Source of the DNA: Octopus vulgaris
Lineage: Eukaryota
Direction of reading: 5' to 3'
DNA: 64,000 nucleotides
NCBI GenBank assembly: GCA_951406725.2
Contig: OX597830.1
Location: 50,406,001 to 50,470,000 of the forward strand
This document shows, in pieces, positions 13,191 through 26,312 of this stretch. Numbering within the stretch: the first letter of the stretch is position 1; the number at the start of each line of letters is the position of its first letter. The notes under the pieces are model-generated. The model worked only from the letters and a program-made list of their open reading frames with translations. It made no database searches and was not told the origin of the DNA. A program made the translations under genes and the position numbers.

Positions 13191-14808
13191 GCCAGGGTTG
13201 TCTTTGCCTTTCATTCTTTCGGGGTCGATAAAATAAATACCAGGTAAACATTGGGGTCCATATAAATTGCTGGTCTTGTGCCAACATTTGAGACTATTAT
13301 TACAAATTAGTTCCTACCCACAATATTCTGATATTCCGAAGCACTCCCAGGCACCAAAGTCTGCCGATAGGCCTGGTACCCTGGTTGGTACATCTAACCC
13401 ACTGCCCAAGTTAAATATTACCACTTGCTTCAAAGGAGCCTATAGTATAGTCTCCTAGATGGATAGATCAAATCCGTTACTCAGGTTTGAGTTCACCACC
13501 TAAAATAATTGGTGCCTTCTTTAGCGGAAGACCATTCCGTTATAAATACACACACCCATTCTTCAATAGACACTGTATTCTTCTTCTGGAAATCATAGGT
13601 TGTGATATCTGCCATCCCCCACTTCTCCTGCACCAGTCTTGAAGGTTCTGTGGAAGGTTATTGGTGTTGCCATTTCTCTTCTGAGTAACCCATAAAAATT
13701 TTCTGTGATTAATTCTTTTGAGAAAACTATTAGTATTTTATATATTCTTTGCATATTCCATGAATCTAACGTCTTGTGCATTGGTAAATATATAAAAAAA
13801 AAGCCAATATTTGTGAGACATTATGTCTATAGAATTCGCACATCAACGTTCTGGCAGCTGTACAATATTTTTTTAAAGTATCTATTACAGTTATTTCGGT
13901 CGGAATTGTGTTTAGACGTTATCGTTGTTTAACCCCGTGTCAATCGCGATGGAATAGACAAACCTATAATTAAAGGTGTTGCTCAGATATCTTGGACTCA
14001 TCTGACTTTCATGGAATAAGGGACGGTCTATCTAGGAATACGCTATACATTGAATATTTCCTGGTTGTTTTTAGGTGTGTTTAAGGTGTGTTAGTTCTTG
14101 GGACAATTTTCATGAATCAGCTTCTGCTGGAATTCCAGTGCAGTGATTTTTTTCTTCTCTCAAATAGAATGACTTCATAAAAGTGTTCCGCAATAGTTCA
14201 CGTTTCACAGATATTTCATTTGTTAAATTAATTCAAGTAGCAGTAATATGAGTGGGTCGACTACAGCAATTGATTGAATTTTCTTTCTCCTTCTCGCAGA
14301 ATAAATAAAAGAATAAATCCATATTTATGAGATGCTGTCACTATTGATAAGACAACCCACTTCATCACTGAAGAATTCAATTCCAAAACAATTTCAAGCT
14401 GGAATTTGATTCCACTAAAATTCTACAAGAACCAATCTGGATTTGTTTTGTTTTCCACTTACTGATGAAAATCTATAATTCTTTGTATTTTTCGATTCTT
14501 TGAAAAGGAATAAGAAAAAGAAAGAACAGAATAAAAAAAAAAAGCCCAAAAGAAAGAAACTGGCTGTGCCATAAACCCTAAAGACTCAATGATAATATTC
14601 TTTCTGTTATAGATTGTATTCATATCAAAGTGATCAATAGCCTCCCCAGATACAACAGCTATATAAAATGGCATTTCATCCTGCTTAACACTTCTTGACT
14701 GTCCACGCTGGATAAATAAACCAAATAAAACATATATACACACGCGCACAGACGCATGTGTGTGCGTCCACGAGTAAGTATATATATATATATATATACA
14801 TACAGACA

Positions 14809-14875
<67 letters not shown>

Positions 14876-15340
14876 ATACACACACACACGCATATATATG
14901 TATGTTCATAGATTTATGTATGTGTGTATACATGCATGTAAGCGTATACATATACACATACGTATATATATATAGACAAATGCATTTCTGCTTTCATACT
15001 CATACATACATACAGACACACACATATAGACACATACACACGTAAAAAAGGTACCTACATAAAATAGAAAGAGAGAAATAGACCGAGCGACGGAGAGACA
15101 GAGATAGTGAGAAGGATATTATACATATATACACATTTGCATATGTGTATATAAGTATATGTACATATATGATTATGTGAATATATATATGTGTGTGTGT
15201 TTAGTAGCCGCACCACCTCCTTCAGTCAATAACAGCAATGACAACGACAACGGCGAACCAATACAATTTTATTTTTTCAATATCTAGTTTAAATTTCTTC
15301 AATGCGTACATACATAACACACACACACACAAATATATCC

Positions 15341-15377
<37 letters not shown>

Positions 15378-15465
15378 TATATACGCGTATATATATATAT
15401 GCATATATGTATATGTATATGTATATATATATACGTATATATGTATATGTATGTAGGTATGTATG

Positions 15466-15514
<49 letters not shown>

Positions 15515-16319
15515 TATGATGTATGTTTGTGTGGCATCAACTTGACATTACAACGATAACAGACCATAAAAACATATGTAAGAGACAAATAAAGTAACAT
15601 TGTTTTTTTTCTTATCCTGTCACATGATATGTCGTCTGCTTCTTCCATTTTTTTTGATACGATATAGAGGCCTGTTTCCTAAATATATCTCTTCACTTGG
15701 CCTTTCCCTCTCTCTCCTCTTTCTCATACTCCGGTAACAGTCTCTGTTTATCTCCACCACCCTCTCTTTATTTCGCTATAATGTCACTTATCCATCTCTA
15801 CCTTCTCTTCATCTGCCCAAATGATCTATCTCTTCTCCATACTTCTATGTCCTCTACTTATTGGTGAACATATACATACACCTCACATACACACAGCTAA
15901 TTTAATAAGATGTTGTACACACGCATATACACACGAAGGAACTGTTTTTTTACCACAGAAAATAACAGGTTTAACGCTATACAGAACCGAATACTTAGTA
16001 GTTTACTCTTTAGTATTTAATAAATGAGAATCGAAGATCTTTTAAAGCAGTTCACCATATTAACAACATACTCTAACTAACATCTTTGGATTCTAGAAAT
16101 TATCATATTTTTTCAAACAGCCAATCATATTTGAAAAGATATGCCATAATTTAAGGCATTCTATTATATTTTCCCAATGGTCAGCCATATTTTGACACTG
16201 ACCACCACTTTTTCAAACTTTCTATCTTTTTCTCAGATTCCGGCATATTTTTTAGAGGTTGTTATATTTTCGAATTGTTAAATATATTATCAAGTAGTTT
16301 AATTTTTATTATATATTTT

Positions 16320-16700
16320 TTATTCAGTCATTGAGCTGCAGCCGTTTTGGAGCACTGACTTTAAGGGTTTTAGTCAAACAAATCGACCCCATTACTTATT
16401 TTTTAAGCCTGCTACACATCCTGTCTATTAATTCATCGAAGTGTTAGATAACGGGGACTTAAACACACCCACACCCACACCGGTTGTCGAGCGGTGGTGG
16501 TGGATAAATGCAACACGAGCACAATGACTTACATACACATACACACACATAACTGTCTTCTAAATCCCTTAACAAGGCTTTGGTCAGTCCGGGGCTATAG
16601 TAGGAGTTATTTGTTCAAGATACTACACAATAGGACTGAACTCAAGACCGCATGGTTGCAAAGCCAGCTTCTCATTCATACAAACACATCTACGCCTGAA
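16320..16700 (-). mobile_element. Degenerate SINE family A
   Basis: Reverse-complement matches to the tail (TTCAGTCATTGAGCTGCAGCC), the body (ACAAGGCTTTGGTCAGTCCGGGGCTATAG) and the head. Confidence 0.7.
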
Positions 16701-16718
16701 ATATTTGTACGTAGATGT

Positions 16719-17095
16719 ATGGCCCAGTGGTTAGGGCAGCGGACTCGCGGTCATAGGATCGCGGTTTCGATACCCAGTCCGGGCGTTGTGAGTGTTTATT
16801 GAGCGAAAACACCTAAAGCTCCACGAGGCTCCGGTAGGGATGGTGGTGATCCCTGCTGTACTCTTTCACCACAACTTTCTCTCACTCTTACTTCCTGTTT
16901 CTGTTGTACCTGTATTTCAAGGGGCCGGCCTTGTCACTCTCTGTGTCACGCTGAATATCCCCGAGAAATACGTTAAGGGTACACGTGTCTGTGGAGTGCT
17001 CAGCCACTTACACGTTAATTTCACGAGCAGGCAGTTCCGTTGATCGGATCAACCGGAACCCTCGTCGTCGTAACCGACGGAGTGCTTCCATATTC
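16719..17095 (+). mobile_element. tRNA-derived SINE, family C
   Basis: TGGCCCAGTGGTTAGG…GGTTTCGATACCC head; possible TSD AGATGTAT at 16713-16720 and 17096-17103. Confidence 0.9.
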
Positions 17096-17706
17096 AGATG
17101 TATAACTAGACCACCATATTTTCAAATAGACTATCATATTTTTTTAATACTCCATCGTGTTTTCAATCAGATCACCAATTTTCTAAACAATTCACCATAT
17201 TTTGTTGACGATACTTTCAAACAGTCGCTATATTTCTAAAAAGTCCGCCATATTTTCAAACCGAAACGCTGTAATTGAAGCAGAAAATTAGATGAGAAAT
17301 GTCACGAGTTTATTTACTCTAACATAATTAGAGATGTTGTATGACTACGTTGTTGTTCACAGGAGGAAGTTAAGCCAGTCATGTGTGTATGAAGGTTGTA
17401 TTTAGGAGTGTGCAAATCAAGGTGTGTATATATTACACACACGACCGCATATCCTGGAGTTCTATTACATGGTGTGAACCAGTACATTTTCTCTCATATA
17501 CACAGCCACAGACATACACATACAGGCACACGCACATATGCATATAAACAAATGTGTGTATGTGTGTGAAGCCTTAAATGTGTTTGTGCATATGTATGTA
17601 TATGTGTATATGGGCAGACTTTCGTGACTTGTCACAGGAGTCACATTCGCAACAATATACATACATATACAATACTACATTTGCAAACACACACATATAG
17701 ATAAGT

Positions 17707-17852
17707 ATATATCCTTTAAGTTTGTTTACAGGAAACGTTTTGAATATGCATATAAAAGCACCTGTTTGTCAGGCTGTAGCTAGCGTAATAGAACAGGAGC
17801 TTTTTATATGCATATTGAAAACGTTTCCCGTAGACAAACTTAAATGATATAT
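17707..17852. repeat. Long imperfect inverted repeat (MITE-like hairpin) with ~60-bp arms and a 25-nt loop
   Basis: 17707-17766 versus 17792-17852: few mismatches and one indel. Confidence 0.85.
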
Positions 17853-17859
17853 CAATGTA

Positions 17860-18252
17860 CTAGCAGTATCGCCCGGCGTTGCTCGGGTTTGATTCGACCC
17901 TTTAGAATTGGAACTTTTGAAAAGTAAAAAAATTGCATTTTGTAGATTGTTATTCTCTTTAAGTGAACATTTTTCTGGTTGAAATACACCGAAAAGTGGC
18001 GACACAGCAGTCAAAAAACCGTAAAAAATAAGGGATTTTCATAGAAAAAAAAAGCACCTTTTTGATGTAAATAATTTTTGGTTTTAACATGGTCCGATTT
18101 GGATTTTTTCTTCTACGGAAGGAAGAGCAAGCTTTCTTCTATCATACTCTCGATTTTGGTCAACTTGCGCCGCAGGGTCTCGGAGGAGACAGTGTTAGTT
18201 GAAGGCTACCAAACCTGCCATACACAGACAACTTCAGCTTTATATATATAGA
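17860..18252 (-). mobile_element. Non-autonomous Helitron
   Basis: Minus strand starts TCTATATATATAAAGCTG and ends with hairpin CCCGAGCAACGCCGGG, then CGATACTG-CTAG|T, giving the 5'-TC, subterminal hairpin and 3'-CTAG signature. The base before TC is T rather than the canonical A. Confidence 0.8.
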
Positions 18253-18274
18253 AACATGTATGAATGTATGCATC

Positions 18275-19070
18275 AAGAATGGCTGTGTGGTTAAAGAAGT
18301 CTGCTTCACAAGCACTGGTTGAGGGTTCATCCCTTTGCGTAGCACCTTGGGCAAGTGTTTCTTGTATAGTCACGGCCGACCAAAACCTTGTGAGTGGATT
18401 TGGCAGAGAGAAACTGAAAAAAGTCCGTCCTATATATGGGGGATGGAAGCACTCCGTCGGTTACGACGATGAGGGTTCCGGTTGATCCGAATCAACGGAA
18501 CAGCCTGCTCGTGAAATTAACGTGTAAGTGGCTGAGCACTCCACAGACACGTGCACCCTTAACGTAGTTCTCGGGGATATTCTGCGTGACACAGAGAGTG
18601 ACAAGGCCGGCCCTTTGAAATACAGGTACAACAGAAACAGGAAGTAAGAGTGAGAGAAAGTTGTGGTGAAAGAGTACGGCAAGGATCACCACCATCCTCT
18701 GCCGGAGCCTCGTGGAGCTTTTAGGTGTTTTCGCTCAATAAACACCCACAACGCCCGGTCTGGGAATCGAAACCGTCCTATATATAAATACTATGTATAC
18801 ATCTATGTGTATGCGTGTGTGTGTGTGAGTGTGAGTGTGTGTGTGCGTGCGTGGGTTCGTGTGTGTGTGCTTGTGTTTATGTTAGTACCTCACCGCCGCT
18901 TGACGACCGGTGCTGGTTTGTTTACATTTCTGTATCTTAGTGGTTCGGAAAAAGAGACCCAGAAAGCCCCAGGCTTAAAATGTAAGCCTGTCGACTCCTT
19001 CGACTAAACCCTTCAAAGCAGTGCTCCAGCATGGCTACAAACGAAGGACTGAAACGGAAAGAAAGCTATA
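18275..19070 (+). mobile_element. SINE family A interrupted by a nested family C SINE
   Basis: Head ATGGCTGTGTGGTTAAAG…, body to 18437, continuation 18773-19070 ending GCAGTGCTCCAGCATGGC…GACTGAAAC. Confidence 0.8.
18438..18772 (-). mobile_element. 5'-truncated SINE family C with a 13-bp TSD
   Basis: Reverse complement of 16765-17090; CCGTCCTATATAT is duplicated at 18425-18437 and 18773-18785. Confidence 0.9.
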
Positions 19071-19146
19071 AGGCAAAATACATCTATCTATGACGACACA
19101 CACACACACACACACATACATGTATATATACATGCATACGTACATA

Positions 19147-19204
<58 letters not shown>

Positions 19205-19209
<5 letters not shown>

Positions 19210-19415
19210 TATAATTAAGGTTGTCTAAGAGATACCACAACTCTAGAAATAGCAGCCAAAACTTGACTCTGAAACCACATTAAATGTTCATACAGCACCA
19301 GGAGAGAAGACAAAGAGACATGTGCTGTATGAACATTTATTGTGGTTTCCGAGTCAAGTTTTGGCTGCTATTTCTAGCGTGGTGGTATCTCTTAGATACC
19401 CTTAATTATGATTTT
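19205..19415. repeat. 94-bp-arm inverted repeat with a 23-nt loop, directly after a (TA)n run
   Basis: 19205-19298 versus 19322-19415: 7 mismatches by manual alignment. Confidence 0.9.
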
Positions 19416-19495
19416 AATAATTAATTATTACCTTCGAGGTTTTTATTCTCATGCTAGCTACCTAATAAGATCGGTATTTTAAATAACGATCTTAT

Positions 19496-19527
<32 letters not shown>

Positions 19528-19530
<3 letters not shown>

Positions 19531-21280
19531 TGGACTTCTTTGCCGCCTCACCTATAACCAGCGAGGCGGTTACAACAGAATGTATTGACATTAGCGAAAA
19601 AGATGTCCTACTAGCCATAGATGAAGTGGACACAAACTCAGCTGCTGGTCCAGACGGTTTCCCAGCCATCCTCCTCAAAGCGTGTAAGCATGCCCTGGCA
19701 AAACCCCTCAAGATTCTCACCCAGAGCTTTCTTGCGAATGGCAAACTGCCAAGCAAGCTGAAGGAGGGAATAATATGCCCAATACATAAAGGGAGAAGTA
19801 GAGCAGATGCCAAAAACTATAGGCTTATCTCTCTGACTTCACACATCAGCAAAGTCATGGAACGGATAGTCAGAAAGAAACTAATCGCATTCCTTGAGGA
19901 AAATAACTTGCTGAGTAATACCCAGCATGGTTTTCGACCAGGTAGGAGCTGCCTGACCCAGCTCTTACAGCATTATGACTGGGTGTTGAGGCAGTTACTC
20001 AACAAATCAAATGTGGACGTAATCTACCTTGATTTTGCAAAAGCTTTTAACAAGGTGGATCATGGTATGATATGCCACAAACTATATGACCTCGGCATAG
20101 CTGGAAAACTTAGAGTGTGGTTGCATGACTTCTTGAAAGATAGGAGTCAGGCAGTAGTGGTTAATGGAGCAACCTCTATGAACACACAAATAGTGAGCGG
20201 TGTTCCACAGGGCACTATCTTGGGACCACTGCTTTTTATAGTGGCCTTCTCAGATATGCCCTCAAATGCCCGGATAGCCACTCTGGCCAGCTATGCAGAC
20301 GATACGAAAGTCTCGCAGAAAATACAGAACCCCAGCGATGTTGCACACCTGCAGCAGGAGTTGAACTCAATCTACAGATGGGCTGAGGATAATAATATGC
20401 AGTTTAATGCTGAAAAATTCCAGGCCCTGCGCTACCAGCATCCAAAACTGAATATTAAACTTACAGGATACACCGGTCCACAGGGAATTTCAATCCAAGA
20501 GCCTAAGTCTGTGAGGGACCTGGGTATCGACATGAGTGACGATACCTCTTTCCAAGTGCACATTACCAGGATGGCGACAAAGTGCAGACGACTGGCTGGG
20601 TGGATCCTAAGAACATTCAGAACCAGAGATAAGGAAACCATGATGGTCCTCTGACGGACATTCGTCCTCAGTCGCCTGGATTACTGCTCACAGCTATGGT
20701 CACCCACCAGTGTAAAATTAACAGCGGACCTTGAAGCAATCCAGAGAAGATTCACAAAGAAGATCATCTCTTTGCAACAGCTCAGCTGCTGGGAAAGGTT
20801 GAAACAGCTAAGACTCTACTCCCTGGAGAGAAGACGGGAGAGGTATACAGTAATATATGTCTGGAAGATCCTGGAAGGAATTGTGCCAAATTTTGGCATT
20901 GTAAGCAACACCAATGCTAGAACGGGACGACACTGCATAGTGCCAAAGATCCCAGCAATGCCATCACGCTTCAGGACCAGCTTCTGCAACAGCCTGGGTT
21001 TCAAGGGCCCACAGCTTTTTAATATTCTCCCAAAGAGTCTGAGGAACTTGCACAAAGTGGATGTAGCGGTTTTTAAATCAAAGCTGGACATCTTCCTGTC
21101 AAGAGTCCCAGATGAACCTACTTCACGGCAGGAGGTGCAAATGAGAGTAGCTATATCAAACTCTATTTTTCACCAAGTGCCACATATTAGACGAGATTCG
21201 TCGTAATAACAGTGTAGCACAAGACGGCGGTGCATCAGCATGGCCGCAGCTCTGAGCTGAAACTAGGAAAAAAAAATAAA
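19528..21280 (+). mobile_element. 5'-truncated CR1-like LINE (RT domain, C-terminus and 3' tail) inserted in (TA)n
   Basis: RT motifs GPDG, NYRLISLTS, QHGFRPGRSC, YLDFAKAF, GVPQGTILGPLLF, YADDTK, RDLG, then LDYCSQLWSP and YSLERRRER. (TA)n on both flanks; A-rich end. Confidence 0.93.
19530..21206 (+). pseudogene. LINE ORF2 reverse transcriptase (partial) with a single in-frame TGA at 20652-20654
   Basis: ORFs 19530-20654 and 20772-21206 are in the same frame and the gap translates openly (RTFVLSRLDYCSQLWSP…). No endonuclease domain is present. Confidence 0.9.
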
Positions 21281-21306
21281 TATATATATATGTATATATA
21301 TGTGTA

Positions 21307-21342
<36 letters not shown>

Positions 21343-22144
21343 TGTATGTATGTATGTATGTATGTATGTATGTACAGGTATACTCTTATATAAAACATAA
21401 TTAGATACACTATTACGTAAACATTCACTCAATACGTGATATAGAGTTCACAGATATAATCCTGAATATCGAAACTTAGCGTTACAGCAACCAGTTTCCT
21501 GTTTACGATCTTGAGGCAACTTCCAAAATGAAACACCTTTTCCATACACACACACACACACACACACACATAATGGAGTGATCGAACAAAAAAAAAGTGT
21601 TTATATTCCCTTTGGGAAGTATTCAGAACGTGTTTTTTTGAAGCAGTAAGAGCTTAGAACAAAAGAATGGCAGAATGTTATGAAATGAGAGAATATATAA
21701 ACTACAGAATATAAAGAATGTAAAAATATAGTAAAATATTAATGTAAAAAGATGAAAAAAAGAATAAAAGAATAAACGAAAAAATGGAAATAAATACATA
21801 AACAAGAAAATAAAAAATGACGATGTGTAAGATGGTAAAATTGTTTTCGCTATATGGAACGTGGATAGAAAGGAAGCATATAGATATTGCATAAAAAAGA
21901 AACGTCACAGCTTCTCTCCCTTAGAGTAATTTTCATCTATAAATATAGGAATGCAAACCATTTGGCTAATGAAACTCGAAATGATATAAAATGATAAAAT
22001 GCCCCTGCAATAACTGGATCAAATGTTATAAATTTAGCACTTAGATGCAATGGTAAAAAAATAAATACGAACGTTTGATAATACGTTTTCGTTTGACGTT
22101 CTCTGTAAATAAAACTACCGAAATACCAATGCGTAAGCACGCAC

Positions 22145-22185
<41 letters not shown>

Positions 22186-22357
22186 ATACTCATACACACA
22201 CACACACACATACTCATACACACGCACACACACACATTCATACTCATACACACACACACAAACTCACAATACCCCCACATGCACAGCCCAACACCATACG
22301 ACTCACTATTCCATTCTTCGATTCGTAGTCATGACATCATGTGTTCGATCCACATGT

Positions 22358-22585
22358 ACCTCGGCGACTTCGGCGGAATTTGAACACAGAACGTAGCAAA
22401 AGTCGAAATGTCGCTAAGCATTTCGCCCGTCGCTACGTTCTGAGTTCAAATTCCTCCGAGTTTGACTTTACCTTTTATCCTTTCGGGGTGTTGATAAATT
22501 AAGTACCAGTGAAATATTGGAGTCGATGTTATCGACTATCCTCCTCCCCCGAAATTTCAGGCCTTTTACCTATAGTAGAAAGGAT
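22358..22585. mobile_element. Head-to-head (palindromic) SINE family B unit
   Basis: GGAATTTGAACACAGAACGTAGC…GCTACGTTCTGAGTTCAAATTCC, then CCTTTTATCCTTTCGGGGTGTTGATAAATTAAGTACCAG and a tail running into (TTA)n. Confidence 0.8.
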
Positions 22586-22593
22586 TATTATTG

Positions 22594-22666
<73 letters not shown>

Positions 22667-22861
22667 GTTTTTTCCTTCTTTCTTCAAATTTTCTTCCGTT
22701 TCTCGCCGAGTGTTTTCCATACACCTAGGGCAGAGAAGCTCATTGTATGCATTCCCAGATTACACACGCAAATTCACAGATAAAATATGTATTTAAAAAT
22801 TAATAAATAAATAAATTCATGGATGGATGTTGTTTTCACAGCGATAATGCTCTTCTCAGTA

Positions 22862-22863
<2 letters not shown>
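22667..22863 (-). mobile_element. R4/Dong LINE extreme 3' end (VLRRALSL* plus UTR) in (TAA)n
   Basis: Minus strand GTACTGAGAAGAGCATTATCGCTGTGA = VLRRALSL*; UTR homologous to 12376-12470; duplicate at 23582-23751. Confidence 0.8.
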
Positions 22864-22919
<56 letters not shown>

Positions 22920-22920
22920 G

Positions 22921-23560
<640 letters not shown>

Positions 23561-23581
23561 TATTATTATTATTATTATTAT

Positions 23582-23751
23582 GTTTTTTCCTTCTTTCTTC
23601 AAATTTTCTTCCGTTTCTCGCCGAGTGTTTTCCATACACCTAGGGCAGAGAAGCTCATTGTATGCATTCCCAGATTACACACGCAAATTAATAGATAAAT
23701 AAATTCATGGATGGATGTTGTTTTCACAGCGATAATGCTCTTCTCAGTACA
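23582..23751 (-). mobile_element. Second copy of the short Dong 3' end
   Basis: Matches 22667-22863 except for a ~27-nt deletion in the A-rich part. Confidence 0.8.
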
Positions 23752-23753
23752 TA

Positions 23754-23849
<96 letters not shown>

Positions 23850-23857
23850 ATTATTAA

Positions 23858-24080
23858 GGCGATGAGCAGGCAGAATTGTCACCGCGCCAAGCAAAATGTT
23901 CAGCACCATTTCACCCATTTTCATATTTTCTGCTCAAATTCTGACGAGGTCTACTTTGTCTTTCAAATTTTTGGGGTCGACAAAAAATAAGTACCAATTG
24001 AACACTGGAGGCGGGGAGTCGATGTAATCGACCTACCCCTCCACCGAACTTGCTTGCCTTGTGCCGAATGTTGAAATCAC
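23858..24080 (+). mobile_element. Degenerate SINE family B
   Basis: GGCGATGAGCAGGCAGAAT…CTCAAATTCTGACGAGGTCTACTTTG…GGGGTCGAC…AAGTACC. Confidence 0.7.
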
Positions 24081-24734
24081 TATTTAAATCACTTTTGTTT
24101 GTCGTTAAAGGTTTTTTTATTTTAATCCCCGACTTTTAATGGAAATGACGATACCTCAATTTTAAAGGTAATTTATGGACACCCGATGTATGTTGTAGTT
24201 TAACAGTTTTTTAAATATTTACTCCATTAGTGAAATAGTTATCCAAACTCTGAAAGATTTATAGCGTAATATTTTGAACGTTTTTCATCAGAAACGAAAG
24301 AAAGGCGGAGAGAAGCGATATTTGAATGCCTTTAATGTTAAATCTCTAAATCTAAAAATCCCTAGTCGCGAAGAATTGTTTAAAACACTCAAATGAAACA
24401 CTACATAAATCTGAATAAATACGGTACTTCCATAAATGGCAATCATTGCCAAATTCAGAGGTTGTTCTTTTTTAAAGCTTGCATCGATTTTTCATTTATT
24501 CTTCAGAATAATTTACCTTATACAATTCCAGAGACACATCTTTTCTAAGAAGGTACAGAACTATGGTTTGCTTTGTTATACTGCCAGGATAGTTTTAAAT
24601 GACAAAGGAAAAATCTATCCATCTCGTTTTTCTATAGATTTTATGTTTGTTGCTTTTATTTGACATTTCTCAATAGAATGGAACTTAAACGTCAATCTAC
24701 AACATTAATCTCTTATGACCAGTCTTCTCCCCAC

Positions 24735-24784
<50 letters not shown>

Positions 24785-24967
24785 TTACGGGTCACTGTGC
24801 TAGTGATCTGTGAGTCTTATAACTTTAATTATCCAACGTTTAAGACACTTTTATGACGATCTCTTGGTGGCTCGGGTTTTGTTAGGCCAAGCCTGAAGAT
24901 ATTTTATGCCTTCGAAACTCCTTATGTTGAATCACTATAAAATATAGAAACATGCCCGACAACAAAA

Positions 24968-25340
24968 CTACCTACCTACCTACCTACCTACCTACCTACC
25001 TACCTACCTACCTACCTACCTACCTACCTACTTACCTACCTACCTACTTACCTACCTACGTACCTACGTACCTACCTACCTACCTACCTACCTACCTACC
25101 TACCTACATACTTACCTACCTACCTACCTACCTACCTACCTACCTACCTACCTACCTACCTACATACATACATACATACATACATACATACATACATACA
25201 TACATACATACTTACCCTACCTTCCTACCTACTAATCAACCTGTCCACCTTTCCTCTTACCTATCTACTTACGAACCAACCTGCCTACCTACCTTCAAAT
25301 CTACCTACTTACTTACATACCTACTTATCTACCTATCTGC
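24968..25340. repeat. (CCTA)n/(CATA)n tetranucleotide microsatellite
   Basis: Read directly. Confidence 0.95.
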
Positions 25341-25677
25341 CTGCCCGTCTGCTTACTGGTAAAATAATGGCGTCGATTTACTCACCTGTACACCTGCAAA
25401 GTAAATACTGATCTCGTCAAAATATACCAAGGCCCTTTTTAAGCCATCGTATGAAGTTTCTTTATGTGTTGTAGAAACAGTAGTCAAATCTCCTTCGAAT
25501 CACAAATCCTACAGTCTCTTAAATAGAAAAAGAGAAAAGGGCAATGTGATCATGGATGGTCAAGGTTGAACCACCTTCGGTTATAAATTTGCTCAAAGTT
25601 TTGGCACGAGAATAAGCAACAATGTAAACAACAACAACAGCTGCAGCAGCAGCAACAGTAGTTAGGAACCAACCACC

Positions 25678-25862
25678 GAGCTCCTACGTGGTCGCTATGC
25701 ATGTCAGAAACAGATGCCAAATCTTTCATTCATATACTATAATTCTATAAAAAGCACTGGACATGTTTACTTCTACATAACACCCAGCAGGTGGGTTTAT
25801 CGCAGATGGGGATATTTGGCTGTTATTTCTAACAGATTTCATGACCACATAGAACTTCTCTC
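25678..25862. mobile_element. Old MITE-like element with diverged ~45-bp TIRs
   Basis: GAGCTCCTACGTGGTCGC…CAGAAACAGATGCCAAAT is roughly inverted as ATTTGGCTGTTATTTCTAACAG…GACCACATAGAACTTCTC. Related TAGAAA(T/C)AG..GCCAAA motifs occur near 5440, 7650, 25470 and 55410. Confidence 0.5.
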
Positions 25863-26269
25863 ACTGGCTTGTACCTCAGATTATCCCTTAGCGACGCTTT
25901 AATGTTTCCACGTCACTGAGTGCCTGCAATATGCTGTATACTCTCTCTCACATCATCTATAAAAAATGTGACCGCCACGGCTAAACTAGGCTTCGCTGAT
26001 GAGGACAGAAAGGACAGAATCACATCCAGAGTTCTCTGTAGTGCTAGAGATCCCATTAATTCCGTACTGGAATACTTTTTAAATAATGGTAAAATAAAAT
26101 TAAATTCTGTGACTTTCACCCTTGATCTTCCGTACGAATAATTATTCCTCAAGATATTGGCGGCGTTCTCTTAATTACAGGTAAAAATTTAATTAATAGT
26201 AATTAAATGTCTCATTATCTTTACTAAGACTTGACTCCCTCTCTCTCTCCCACTCTCCCTCTCTCCCTC

Positions 26270-26312
<43 letters not shown>

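Noticed and set aside
16719-16790. tRNA gene candidates at SINE heads
   Set aside because: They have A/B boxes but no complete cloverleaf and continue directly into repeated SINE bodies.
20652-20654. In-frame TGA in the LINE RT as possible selenocysteine or readthrough
   Set aside because: A single TGG-to-TGA change in a truncated copy explains it; no SECIS seen.
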